From Octopus sinensis (lineage: Eukaryota), in NCBI RefSeq assembly GCF_006345805.1, contig NC_043008.1, positions 1,054,001-1,118,000 of the forward strand: a stretch of DNA of 64,000 nt. The letters run 5' to 3'. Below, piece after piece: positions 27,866-42,925 of this stretch. The notes under the pieces are model-generated. The model searched no databases. It was not told the DNA's origin and saw only the letters and a list, made by a program, of their open reading frames with translations. Numbering within the stretch: the first letter of the stretch is position 1; each line of letters begins with the position of its first letter. Made by a program: the position numbers and the translations under genes.

Positions 27866-28085
27866 AGGCAGCAAGCTGGCAGGATCGTTTGTATGCCGAA
27901 CAAAATGCTAAGCGGTATTTCGTCCGTATTTACGTTCTGAGTTCAAATTCTGCTAAGGTTGATTTTGCCTTTCAACATTATCAGGGTCGATAAAATGTGT
28001 ACCAGGTAAATACATGGGTGAATGTATTCTATTGACCATCACCTCCCCCATAATTGCTAACCGTGTACCAATATTTTAAACTAGT
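27866..28085 (+). mobile_element. tRNA-derived SINE
   Basis: GGCAGCAAGCTGGCAG...GCTAAGCGGTATTTCGTC...TTCTGAGTTCAAATTC...GGGTCGATAAAAT; same family as 47405 and 60227. Confidence 0.85.
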
Positions 28086-29278
28086 GTTTGGTACATTATA
28101 TATATATTAAAAAAAGCCTACCTACAAAAAGTGGATAAGTCTATTAATTTGTTCATTATGCAATTCTACGAATTATTTTTCGTGATGTAATATATATATA
28201 TATATAATATATATAGTGTGTGTGTGTGGGGGGCATGTATATATATATATATATATACATACGTCACTTTATATAAATCTCTATCCATAGCACACACACA
28301 CATACGCACATACACGCATGTAAGTATGTATATATGTATATATGTGCGTATGTATATATGCGTTTAAAATATATTTCTCTATGTGTTTTCACGTATATTT
28401 TAACCACTATGTCCTTTATGTGTTCTTTAAGGCGGGTGTTCAGTTTAAAATATACAGCATTTTGAAAGAAAAGTGTTAACGTTACTTGTGAACGTTATTA
28501 TGAATCAAACCACTTGTTCTAATTTTTATGTGTAGAAGTTTAATTTCAAATATGACAACTATTTTTTTGCGCGTCTTTCGAGGAGTGTTGATTTGATTGA
28601 CCTCAGTGTCTAAGCGGTACACATTCTATCGTCCCCAAACGGATTGAAAGCAAAATCGACCGATCTGAATATTTGAAGTCGACCAATCTTAAAATATAAA
28701 ATTGAATGTATTTCTCTTGTACACTACAGTTTTACAATTAGGTGACTAAAATTATCCGTAGTTACACATTACATCGATGTTTGACTCGACCGTTCCTGAT
28801 AATTGTCACACTCTCAGAAGAATTAATACTGTTTTATATCAACAAATATGCAAAAGATGTTTGTTCACTGCTGTTGTGTGCCTTTCTCTCATTTCTCGTT
28901 GTTGATGTTAATGATTTCTTAAATATTGAGGATGAAATGTGATTGATAAACATTTAAACAAATGAGACAGAATGAATAACAAAATTTGTGTACTAATTAA
29001 TTGAAATATGTTATATTTCAAGGGCGTGGAGAAGCTGCGAGAATATGCAAATAAGGCCAATCGTTAGTTGTAATTTACAAAATAGTAGGTAGTGCATCAA
29101 GTGATCAGAACTATATAGATGGATAGTAAAAGTGTATCTAAATTTAATATCCATTCATGACGAAAATGGAAGTCGAGGTATATTCAAAATTTATTAACTT
29201 CCATCGCCAAACCGAGTCGAACAGGATATTGCAAATCCGTAAAGATATATGTCAGATCACATTATCTCTAAAGTCAAG

Positions 29279-29399
29279 GTCAAACGCACGAGTTTCAAAC
29301 AGACACACGCAAAATTATAATTTTAATAATTGACTTAGTCAAACGCACGAGTTTCAAACAGACACACGCAAAATTATAATTTTAATAATTGACTTAGTC
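29279..29399 (+). repeat. Perfect 59-bp tandem duplication
   Basis: GTCAAACGCACG...TGACTTA occurs at 29279 and 29338, with GTC at the junctions. Confidence 0.95.
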
Positions 29400-30431
29400 G
29401 TTTGAAACTGAGACACAAAGCGACAAAGAGTTGTAAGGAGACGTCGGATTTAAACACCCAAGACTATAAATCGAAATTTGATTTATCAAACTCAACAGTT
29501 TAAATATTTATATGAATAGTCGATACCAGTGGTATTTGGAATTGGAACAGCAGTAAAAATTACGTTCATACAATATTGTATTCTGTCTGGTGAGCTATCA
29601 ATTCTACCAATCCATCGCATTTAGTAGACAATGTTTATAATCTTTTAGATTTACACAACGGCAATAATTATCAGTAATTATAGAAGATTATAACGATTCT
29701 GGTACTTCCTTCTGTTTTATTGATCTTAAACGGATAAAAGACGAACTGGATCCATAGGGATTTGAACCCATAACATTAAAGCATAATATTGCTACTCATA
29801 ATTTTTCTTTTCCTCCTGACTCCGCTAATTTAGCACACTCAATCGACAATAAAAAAAGGAAAAATCAGCAATAATTGCTTCAATTGTTAATCGATTATAT
29901 CGATTCTTACTGCTCTACTGGTATAGAGTTTATCGACAACAAAAGAAGAAAATGCCAAGTCGACCTCGGTGATATTTGAATTCAGAAATTAAAGAGTTGT
30001 AAGTATTTGCCACTAAGCGCGATAAAGGTTCTGCCTGCGAACCGACTTTATAATGGCTTTAAAGTGAGAGGGCAAGTCGATTACATCGACCCCGGTGATC
30101 AAGTAACTCTTATTTTATCGATCTCTAAAGGATGAAAGGCGAAGTCGACATTGTCCTAATTTAAACAACAACAGCAACAACAACAAAAGCTGCAATGATA
30201 ATGATTTTAAAATTTGGCACAAGGAAAGCAAATTCGGGGAATGGGGTAAGTTAGCAATATTTGGGGAGGGGGATAGTCAGTCACATCGACTACAGACCTT
30301 GGTACTTAATCTATCGACACGGAAATGGATGGAAGGCAAAGTCGACCCTGGCGAAATTTGAACTCAGAATGTAGCGACGGGCGTAATACCGCTAAGCATT
30401 TCGTCCAGCGTTCTAAAGTTTCTGCCAGCCT
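29400..30431 (-). mobile_element. Cluster of 4-5 minus-strand SINE copies of differing age
   Basis: Recurrent (T)ATCGAC..GGATGAAAGGC.AAGTCGACC..ATTTGAAC blocks near 29710, 29930, 30115 and 30310. The last copy (30205-30431) is best preserved. Confidence 0.7.
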
Positions 30432-30531
30432 CAATAATAATATCGATAGTTATGATGATAATAATAATAATAATAATAATAATATAATAATAATGATAAT
30501 AATAATATTAATAATAATAATAATAATAATA

Positions 30532-30566
<35 letters not shown>

Positions 30567-30657
30567 TTAATAATAATAATAATAATATTAATAATGATAA
30601 TAATAATAATAATAATAATATAATAATAATAATAATAATAATAATATATTAATAATG

Positions 30658-30711
<54 letters not shown>

Positions 30712-30746
30712 TAATAATAATAATAATAAAATAATAATAATAATAA

Positions 30747-30789
<43 letters not shown>

Positions 30790-30824
30790 TAATGATAATA
30801 ATAATGATAATAATAATAATAATA

Positions 30825-30877
<53 letters not shown>

Positions 30878-30881
30878 TAAA

Positions 30882-30940
<59 letters not shown>

Positions 30941-30971
30941 TGATAATAATAATAGTAATAATAATAATAAT
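30432..30971 (+). repeat. Long imperfect (TAA)n microsatellite (~540 bp)
   Basis: Direct reading; explains the poly-L/I/Y ORF 30431..31189. Confidence 0.95.
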
Positions 30972-31794
30972 GTGTATTCCGATATTGTGCAGTACATGTG
31001 CTTCCCTGTCAATAATGCCGGATGTTGTAAGTTCATAGCGAATGTTGGCGAATTGAAACCATGAGCTGTTAAATTGGAGGCTATTTCGGCTGGATAATTA
31101 CCTTGGCATAAAGACATTCTCTCTAACTCAAACAGTCGGAACTTATGCAGAGAACAATGAAATATTTCCTTTCTCAATAACGATTTCAATTGTTTGAAGT
31201 TCGATTTTATTTCTCTGATCTTTAATGCGTTGTTTTCATCAAGCCACCATTAATTCTTATAGAGAAACAGAACGGCAGGGAATAGCAAGACAATAAAACA
31301 GATACTGCCACAGTAAAGACGATATCCGATCGTATAATAGTTGCAGCTAACATTTTAAGATCAAGAGATAAAGGCATTTGTGACGAAGAGAACAACCACA
31401 TCTGAAGATATTTTAAATGGCGAACATAATATAGGAAACATCTAACGTGGCTCGATCTTTTCAACCGCTTCAAGATATGATCAACATTTGAAGTGAACGG
31501 AATGAAAAAAAAGAGGAAAAGAGGAAATAGATTGGACGTTTTGTTCTTAGTAATCGGTATCAATTTCCTAAAGAGCATTTGAGAGATTCGGTCAGAGAAA
31601 AGAATATATGAAAATATAATTATATACACATATTATACGTACATGGAATCAACGTATCTCTCTTTCTTTCTCTCTCTCTCTCGATATATATATACATATC
31701 TGTCTATCAGTCTATCTGTATATCCATCTATCTATATATCTATCTATCTATCTCTCTATCTATATCTATCTATATATATATATCTAAATATCTC

Positions 31795-31863
<69 letters not shown>

Positions 31864-32175
31864 TTATCCATCTGCTTGTCTGCCTCATCTGTTTATCTCT
31901 TGATCTATCTTTATCTTTATATCTAACTATATATCCATCCTTCTAACAATTTTTGAAATATATATCCATCTATCTATCTAGCTGGCATATGTACAGTCAG
32001 GGAACGAGTATGGTTCTTTTCCCTAGTTTATGTCTGTCTGTCTGGCTGTCTGCATGTATGTGTGTATTATGTATGTATGTATGTATGTATGTATGTCTGT
32101 TTGTATGCATGCATACATGTATGTATGTATATATCTATGTATATAGGTATGTATGTACGTTTGTGTATATATAAG

Positions 32176-32211
<36 letters not shown>

Positions 32212-32294
32212 AGCACACGATATATATATTTATGTTATATGTATGTATCTATAATACACGTTATAATATATATTTGAGTGTATAACATATAATA

Positions 32295-32337
<43 letters not shown>

Positions 32338-33373
32338 ATATTCATATCTGTGTCTATATCTACATTTATATATATATATATATATATACACATATATACA
32401 TGTATATATGCACACAGACATGCACACATACGACACACACTCACACACATATATCTACATATATGTATATATATATATATGTGTGTATATATATATATAT
32501 TATATATATATATACATATATATATAATGATAAAAATATTGATAGATTGAATGATCGATAGATAGACAGATCGATCGGTCGATCGATCTATCTATCGATC
32601 GATAGATAGATAGATAGATAGACAGATAGATAGATATAGAGATAGCTAACTAGCTAGCGAGCTAGTTATCAAATATCTGCTTATAAGTAATAAGTGTGCG
32701 TATGTATATTTTTGCGAAATTCCAATGCCTATTTCAAGGCACGTTACTCCTATACTTCCGTCATTACACTCACATCAGTTGCGCATATGTGTACGAATCG
32801 ATATCTATGAGTCCGAGGGTAATATTTAAATGCACATTACCAAATATGATCCGAATTCACAAATACTTCAATGAACGTTAGCCATCGTTTTATACATAGA
32901 TGTACGTTGATAATCGCACATATATATTTCCATGTAGGAATATGTGTCTAAACACAAACGTTTATGCGAATATGGGCATCCATCGACACATGGAGCTTGT
33001 ACCTGCATATGAAGATGTACAATCTACAAATTTTGCTTTACACCATTACTGAAATTTAGTGTATATCTTCTAGGATATTTTCTATGTTTCTTTCGAATGC
33101 ATAAACAAATTCATTTCGATTTAGGTCGTAACATTGTTAAAACTATCATGTGGTCCTTCGGGGCAGAGTTCAATGTGTTACAAGCGTTATCGACAATTTG
33201 TCTGGTTTCGAAATATCTTCTATTCCACCCACAAACTAGACAACATATTCTTCATATAAATTTGTGTATGTTCTAATACAGAAAAGTGGTCATCTCTTTT
33301 GAGTATGAAAACGTACACCAATTTCTAGGAAAAAATATATATGTATGTATACATGGACATGCATATATGTATG

Positions 33374-33423
<50 letters not shown>

Positions 33424-33489
33424 CACACACACACATATATATATTATATATATATATATGTTGCCTCTTCCTGGATAAATCTATAACCA

Positions 33490-34155
33490 GTAAAATTCAG
33501 CCGTAACTTACGACTTGGATATGCTTATAATGTATTGCTTCACTTTCTCATTCTCTTTCTATCTCTCTATTCTATTCTTCTTCTACTGTCTCCTTACCTC
33601 AGCATATTTTCCTCTGCTACTACCCCACGCCTTTCCTGTTCTTTGTTTCATCTGTAACCAGCTCCCATCCCTTGTAGTTTCAAAGTCCGGCTCTATCAAT
33701 TTCCCATATACCTCCCTCTAATTCCTAGAATCTCTTCCTCTCCCGTACCCCACCTTCATTTCCAACTTAACTCATTGCCTCTTCCTTAAGTTTTTCTGTA
33801 GCATAAACCATACCTGACTGATTAAAGATCTGCTTAAAATATTCCCCACAAACGGTACCTCCTTTCACAATACTGACCTATCTCACCCCTTCGTTTCTCC
33901 TTTCGATTCTCCTCGCCAACCCCATTTCCCTGCCCTGTACTTCTCATCTACTCTTGTTGTTCCCCAACCTCTGCACTCCATCAATACTAAGCTACATTCT
34001 TCCTCTCATTTCCCGCCTTTTAATCGTCTATTCGTCTTCTTCCATTGAACCTCATGATTTCTGGCACCACAATGTGAACTGTTATCTATCAATCCTTACT
34101 TCTGACGAAGGAAACCCTTATATACCGTAATGTATCTATGCATCCGTTTCCTGGT
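33490..34155 (+). mobile_element. Possible Penelope-like 3' fragment with partial hammerhead
   Basis: C/T-rich tract ending in CTGACGA (34102)-AGGAAAC...GTTTCCT (stem II). The GAAA half of the core is missing. Confidence 0.35.
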
Positions 34156-34192
34156 TTCATATCTATAGATTTTGGGATATTCCATCATCTAA

Positions 34193-34325
34193 TTATTATC
34201 TCCGCCAAGGAAGGAGGTTATGTTTTCATCGGCGTTGGGTTGTCTGTTTGTCTGTCTGTTTGTCTGTCTGTGCAAAATAACTCGAAATGTGAACGGTGTT
34301 TGACGAAACTTGCGGTGTCGCTTGT
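34193..34325 (+). mobile_element. Helentron/DINE-like non-autonomous element 5' part
   Basis: TTATCTCCGCCAAGGAAGGAGGTTATGTTTTCATCGGCGTT followed by (GTCT)n and AATAACTC..AACGG..TTGACGAAACTT, the layout I recognise for this widespread family. Confidence 0.65.
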
Positions 34326-34344
34326 TTACCGGGGTTAAGCCATT

Positions 34345-34750
34345 CGTTATGCTGCTTCATATTGATGTACAGGTAAAGAAATCGCTGCTTGTGTCCATGA
34401 GTTGAGCAGTGACGAGCAAGCAAACCAACAGAGAATGTGGCTCGTTGATCTTTGCCGAACACATGTTCCATACTTCTGAATCATTCCCATCGAGTGAAGA
34501 TGCTTCACTATAGCTGTGCGGAAGTATTCCATATTCCCTTCCAGGTCCATTGTTGTTTGACGAGAATTTGGTTTAATCGCTCTTCCTCGAACTCAACTGG
34601 ACGGCCAGAACGAGGTGCGCATTGGAAGTCAAAATTTCTATTTTTGAATTTGCTGTCAATCACGAGCTGTTCTTTCAGCTATGGCACCCTCTCCATACAC
34701 AGCACAAATGTCACGAGCAGCTTTTGCGGCCTTAGAACATTGATTAAAAT
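34345..34750 (-). mobile_element. Mariner transposase remnant (second family)
   Basis: Minus strand gives FNQCSKAAKAARDICAVYGEGAIAERTARD* / KFKNRNFDFQCAPRSGRPVEFEEE / TAIVKHLHSMG, i.e. the mariner HTH and RSGRP motifs, frameshifted. Confidence 0.85.
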
Positions 34751-34885
34751 AAAAAAGAAGGAGGTGTCGAAATTGCCAGTTTTCCAAAAATTAAATGAAT
34801 TAACAAAAAAAGAATTAAAATTGATTCCAAAATTTAAAAACGCAGTAAATTGCAATATTTGAAGTAATACACACATACGTCATAC

Positions 34886-35014
<129 letters not shown>

Positions 35015-35050
35015 GTATATGTATATATATATATATATTTATATGTATAT

Positions 35051-35084
<34 letters not shown>

Positions 35085-36485
35085 ATATACGTATGTGTGT
35101 GTGTGAGTGTGCGTGTGCATGTGTGTATGGAGGTATGTGTATGTATATATATATGCATTTATAAATATTCATATACAATTGTATCGTTTTTTTTTTTGTT
35201 TCTGTGTTGTTTTTTCTCGTATTCTCCCTCCAGCCGAGCATCCAAAGATTCACCACACGCACGTATATCTATAGATTCAAAATAACAAAGAGTATTATCT
35301 TATCGCCTGAACACCAGATCAACTAACCCCTGTGCGTGTGTGTATGTGCGTGTGTATGTGTGCGTGTGTGTATGTGCGTGTGTATGTGTGCGTGTGTGTA
35401 TGTGCGTGTGTATGTGTGCGTGTGTGAGTGTGATTGTGCTGAATATTTTTAAACAGACACAATGTAAGTTATCAGAAGTGACAGAATTATACAAACTGTA
35501 CTTTTAACTTGTATTTCAAATACACACACGCATTGTGTGCGCCTGTGAATGCCTGTATGTATTTCGTTTCTTGCGATTATAAGGGAGATTCTATGAAATT
35601 ATATCCGGTTACGCCCATGTACGATATTACAACAGACTAGCAGTTGACTTCCACAAACGCAAGTCGAAATTCATGCGTTATTCTTTTAAATGTAAAAAAA
35701 CAAATGATTGCCTTGTTCTATTTATTGAAAGGGTTTGCAAAGATGAGGAACTATTAGAGGCTACTTCCATTGAGGCTGAGTGATGTTGCTTATTTCAACG
35801 TAATTTGCGTGATAGGGTTTGGGAGAAAAGCATTCTTTTCAGACATATTCGATAGAAAATACCAATATTCCTTCCATTCATATTTATCTTGAAATATCTT
35901 TCATATTCTGTGAAGTGATTATAGCACTTTACTTGAAGAGTCTATGGAAATTTCTAGACGTTCAGGCAAGTAAATAGAATTAGTGACGCATACTTTTACC
36001 ATTATATAATAGAATATTTAAATACTTGTATGTATACACAACACACATACACATAGACACACACACACTCTCTCTCTCTTACACACACATACACTCTCTC
36101 TCTCTCACACACACACATAATTACTTACAAATTAACATATATAGAGGTATTCAAATATGCACAGTAATCGTGTCCTTGGATTTCCAGAATAATACACCAT
36201 TTGCAAACCACAAACTATATTTGACAACTGCAATTTGAACAATGGAATCCTTGACTTTCATGAAACAAATATCAAAGATATCTCAAAATGTATTGCTAAA
36301 TCTATTGACGAAATCCCAAATAAATACGATTGTTTCTAAGTAGGTATATAAGTATTCCAGATACCCTTGGAATGCATGTCTGCAGATGAATAATTCTTCA
36401 TGCATTCGATTTCGAAACATTTACATATAATCACACGGAAATATAAATGCATATATATGCATATATATATATATATAAATATGTA

Positions 36486-36516
<31 letters not shown>

Positions 36517-36521
<5 letters not shown>

Positions 36522-36815
36522 TTAGAGAGTTATCCACTATGTGGATAACTCTAGTGCTAAAAATAGCTCCGAAGCACCGCAGAAGATCTGTTTCCAACTA
36601 GAATCAACATACATTTAACGGAAGGAAAGTGAAATACAACGAATAAAATAGATTGACTCTATACAATGTATAGAGTCAATCTATTTTATTCGTTGTATTT
36701 CACTTCCTTCCGTTAAATGTATGTTGATTCTAGTTGGAAACAGATCTTCTGTGGTTGCTTCGGAGCTATTTTTAGCACTAGAGTTATCCACATAGTGGAT
36801 AACTCTCTAATAATT
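36517..36815. repeat. ~300-bp near-perfect palindrome, 1-nt loop at 36666, with a terminal hairpin in each arm
   Basis: Arms 36517-36665 and 36667-36815 differ by about 3 changes. Each arm end contains AGAGTTATCCAC-NNN-GTGGATAACTCT. Confidence 0.95.
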
Positions 36816-36921
36816 TATGTATAAATTTGTATTTTCTCCGTAGTTTTTTGTGCTAAGCCACTTGGTGTGTAAATTAATGGTATTATTAAATTAATATCGA
36901 TTTTTCACCCTCATTTATAAT

Positions 36922-36953
<32 letters not shown>

Positions 36954-37171
36954 GTATTAATATATATTATATCTATATAATAGATACGTGCATACATATA
37001 TACATACGTCCGTATATTAATATCAATGTGGTGAACATTTGGATGAATATACATGATTACAAGTATACGCATCGCTAGTTGGCATTCAATATTACTTGAC
37101 TAGTATTTAGATACATTCCCATAAGGTTATACACACATAGACACACACACATACGCACACATACACACACA

Positions 37172-37336
37172 GAGGCGCAGGCATACCTGTGTGATAAGAA
37201 GCTTGTTTCCCAAATACTTGGTTCCGAGTACAGTTCCACAGCGTGGCACATTGGGCAAGTGTCTTCTACTATAGCTTCAGGCCGACTAAAAGCTTTCTGA
37301 GTGGATTCCGTAGACGGAAACAAAAAGAAGCCCACC
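37172..37336 (+). mobile_element. tRNA-derived SINE, second family (5' part)
   Basis: GGCGCAGG..TGTGTG.TAAGAAGCTTG..GGTTCCG...GTGGCAC.TTGGGCAAGTGTCTTCTACTATAGC..GTAGACGGAAAC..AAGAAGCCC. Confidence 0.85.
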
Positions 37337-37346
37337 TATATATCTA

Positions 37347-37426
<80 letters not shown>

Positions 37427-37987
37427 ACACACACAAACGTAGATATGTTTTTACTCTTACATTCTCTCTAACTTTTTAACAATGCCTCTGCGGTCATGCT
37501 GTATCATCACTCTCGTTTTCTACTTTGCTCATCCTTATTATTTGGTTGAAATCTTCAGTGCGGTGGGATTTCATATCGTCACTCGTCCATGTGTTTTTGC
37601 AGTTTAGTGGTTGACCATTCAGAGTATGAGTGAACTTGACAATTCTGCCCTCATCTCTACCTCATGCCGAGGTGTTTGTTCGTGGATAGGAGAATAGTCA
37701 GTTCCTTTTGTAGAAACCAAGTAGGGTAGAATTATTCGATTTTTGACAGGGCATAATAGAACTCTGGTTCTTTGAACCCTAATCTATTGAAGTATCTGGA
37801 CCTAACTTTAGAAACATTTGGTACTACACAATGGTTTCCTGTTCGGGCATTTGTATAACACTCAAAATTAGGTACTATGAAAGTCGTAATCTTTCCAAAC
37901 TCTCCTGGTTGTTCATTTGCTGCACTTTTACAATCTTCTTAAAGTAGTGGCATCGGAATGCTTAAAAAATCCGGCGTTAATTTAGTG

Positions 37988-38224
37988 CAGTGGTTCCGAA
38001 ACATTTGTGGGCTGCTCCCTCCTTGACACCCAGGCCACCCTCAACTAACCATCACAAACATAGACCTCTTTCTGCTATTTCACAAATAAAACTTGATCTA
38101 ATGAACCCATTATTTTGTTATTTATGCATGAATCGCTACCACATTATCGCCCTACATTTTTCCAACGCCCCTTGGAACTTCCACCGCCCCAGAAGGGTAA
38201 TACCGCCCACTTTGGGAAACACTG
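37988..38224. mobile_element. hAT (Charlie-like) MITE
   Basis: Imperfect TIRs CAGTGGTTCCGAAAC / CTTTGGGAAACACTG; 8-bp target-site duplication ATTTAGTG / GTTTAGTG (7 of 8). Confidence 0.85.
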
Positions 38225-38472
38225 GTTTAGTGTTATGTGATGACCGTCGCTGAGTGTAGTAGACCAGGCGGTTGAGAACGAAGACCCTCCAAAGGGTCAA
38301 CATGACTTCTTGGTCTTTTGCTCTAGTCTTCAGGAACATTAGTAACACATCTTTCCTCTTCGTTGCCATTTTTGTAATGTGCATATGAAATGCGAGTATA
38401 TGTATATGTATAGTTATATGTATACGGTTGTGTGTATATATAATTATAAATATATATGTATATATATTTATT

Positions 38473-38512
<40 letters not shown>

Positions 38513-38609
38513 CGTGTGTGTTTTTATATACACATATTTTATGCGTGTATATATACATTATATATTGTATGTGCATATATATACACATAGATATGAGCAT
38601 ATATATGTA

Positions 38610-38640
<31 letters not shown>

Positions 38641-40427
38641 GTGTATAGATATACATATGTATATATATGTGGGGGTAATATATATATGTATATATGCACG
38701 CACACACACCACATGTATATATATACACACTCACATATGAATATATGTACATACACATTCATACATCTACATATGTGTGTAAGACTTTTCGTCCATACAT
38801 GCATCCGTTTTATGCAAGAGGCTCGTTGTGTTTATGCGTGGTTACTTTAATATACTTGAACAATTGGATATTTATGCTCACGTGTCCATCTATTGACAAG
38901 GCAATTCATCCAAACAAGAGAAAAACATTAAAAATTGGCAAAAAGAAGAAGAGGAACAAAACAACAAAAGCAATACACAAACAAACTAAATAGATGTTTC
39001 TAGAATCAAAGTGATAATTATATAAAGCGGTGGATGAGAAAAAGGAATTCTGTGACAGGAAAATAAAATGCTGGCGAGAAATTAAGGATGAAATAGCATT
39101 GTATAATGAGAAAATCGTAATTATTTTCAGATATATCACATGCTTCTATCTATATTATAGATAGAGTTAATGTAATTCGATTGAGGGTGATACAAACACG
39201 CAAACAGAAATATACATATAGATATGAATGCAGGCACGATGCATATCTATGTGTGTGTAATAGGATGTATGAGCCTAAGTTTGTATAAAATCCATATGTG
39301 TACACACAAACGCGTGCACGCACGAAAACACACACACAGACACGCACACGCATATATTTACATATTCATATATCGATAGATTATATATTTGCTGTTATGT
39401 GTTCATATCTCATTCCCTCTCCCCTTCTATCTCCCTCTCTTTTTCTCTCTCTTTCCCTCTCTCTCTGTCTCTCTCTCTCTATATATATATATATGTATGT
39501 GGATATGTATATGTATATACTTATATGTATATGTATACATATATATATACATGTACATGTATATATCATATATATATATATATATATATACACATAAATA
39601 TACATATATATATGTACACACACATACATACACATATATATTTACACGTATATTATATGTGCTATATACATATATATATAACATATAAATAACGTATATA
39701 ATGTATGTGTGTGCGTATACATACACCACATGTGTGTATTATAAATGTATTACACATATATTTCAGGTCATCTATTGATATAATTATACAGTTTACATAC
39801 ATAATAATGGATAAAAGTGTGTTTGTGCGCGTGTATGTGTATCACTAGACTTATCGAACATAAGTTTGTGGTTGATTAAAATTGAATACGTAGACATACG
39901 TGAACTCATCCTCACAGAGAATCGCATATATACACCCGAACATACATCGTGAAAGAATATATAGCGTATTCGCGACTATTCATCGATTGATAAATCTCAG
40001 TCTTTTTACTATGTGTGTGTGCAAAAGCTTGTACACGTATGTATGCTTACAAATCTAGTTAATATATACACATACATACATACATACATAGATAGATAGA
40101 TACATACATACATACCTATATATCTACCTATCTCTCTCTGTATCTATCTGTATCTATGTCTGTCTGTCTCTCTCCCTCTCCCTCTCTCTATATATATATA
40201 TGTATGTACATGTATATATTTATGTATTACATATATATGTATACACTATCTGTCTCTCTCTTTCTCTATTTATATATATAACATACAATTATATATATAT
40301 GCGTGTGTGTCCATACCCAGACATACTTACACTCAAGCAAGCTCCCCCACACATATACGGACATACACACACATATATATGTATGCATATATATATATAT
40401 ATATATACATACAAATATATATATATC

Positions 40428-40482
<55 letters not shown>

Positions 40483-40984
40483 TATATATGCATATATGCA
40501 TATAAATACATATATATACACACACCCACACATATATATAATATATAATATATTTATATATATATATATTGATGTACATATTTTTATGCATAAATTTCCA
40601 ATAAATACGCAATCGAAAAGGAAATATTTTGTTTATTTCCATTGTTCTTAAACAAGCTATAAATTTTGAGGAGATCATAAACTAGGATGATATTTAGATA
40701 GAAATATTAGATATCCGCCATCAATATTATATTAATATATGAATAAATATACATATGCTTTCCATAAAGGCTCCCGGAACACGCGCATTCAATATTTCGT
40801 TATATTTTCAATCAACTGAATAGCACAAGGATAATAGAAAATGGGAGTAAATTCAAATAAGTGTGTTGGAAATGACTTATATATAATTACCGATATGCGT
40901 AGAAATATATTCGCGTGAATACATATTCCTATCTATATATATATTTATTTCTCTATCTCACTAGCAGTCTAGGCATCAAGTTTT

Positions 40985-41583
<599 letters not shown>

Positions 41584-41799
41584 CGTCCGGTTAACATCTG
41601 TTTCGATGTTATCTAGCTTTATATGACTGTATACATTTATGCATATACATATGTGTCTGCGAAAAGAAGCTTACATACCATATACACACTTACACACATA
41701 TATATGTAGGTGTTAGAAATTTATTGGTCTTAAGGCTATCTAAAGCGTAGAGCTATTACCTTTACATAGTAGGTATGACAACATTTCATATGTAAGTAC

Positions 41800-41840
<41 letters not shown>

Positions 41841-42879
41841 CACACACACACATACACACAAACACACAGACACACACACATAAACGTTTAGGAATTTCTG
41901 TTACAAGATTATTGATGTGAAACCGTGTGTTGAAACATATATTGATATATTTCGAAATGATCATTCTCAGAATGGACTAAGTGGAGCAATGGGATACACG
42001 TGGATGGGAGGCGTCGCTGAAGAGTTCACAGAAATGTGATGAAAGATTTCCAGCCAATAGACATGAGATAAAATATGAATAGTAATAAATGAGTGAAGAA
42101 CGAATTTGAAGTATGTGTGTTTATAACTTCTTTTCAAATCGGAGAAAGAAAATACCGCGTCACTAGTTGTTGAACACGCGGACAAATAAGGAGGTTTCAG
42201 TGCCAATGATTGTCTCCCTTAGACCTTTATCCAAAATAGGCTTGGGGTCCCAAGACTTAAGTAAGCATATAGATTCAACACGAGGTGGAAAAAAATACTA
42301 CTGGAATAGCAAAAGTAGAATAATACGCTACTAGTAAAGCTGCAAAAATCTTCACAAACTGTCACTCAGAGTTTAACGTTTCCATTCGTCGCATAATTGG
42401 GATGAATTCAACTAGAGAGAGACAAAACGCCAAATGCAGTTTAAATCCGGAAAAAGAAGCTACATTATCTACGAGGCAAGATAAGGCTTCACATGGTAGA
42501 TTTCCAATGATAGTGGCAGAAAATGCTAGTAGTGAGACATAGTTGTGACTGCAGAAAGGAGACAGAAAGCTATTTTTGTAGCTGCCTAAAATCAAGCATT
42601 GAGGACAAATTGGACAAAAGGCAACATAGACAAAAATTAGATTGATTATCGATGTAGGTTATGGAAATCAAGGGAGGAAAGTGTTACTTATATAGTTAGT
42701 TAATATAGTATGCTGACACAAGAAGGGTACTAGAAAAGACATGTTGTATGTATATATGTTCTCTCACCACCACTCACCAGGATTTACACCATGAGTGTTT
42801 AATAGACGTTAAACGCCTCTTCTTATCTATAAGCATTTGTCCTACTTTTCCCCAGGCGAATGAATATATAAAAGTAGTT

Positions 42880-42925
<46 letters not shown>

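Noticed and set aside
32553-32605. GATC-rich palindromic stretch
   Set aside because: Explained by mutation and local inversion within a (GATA)n microsatellite.
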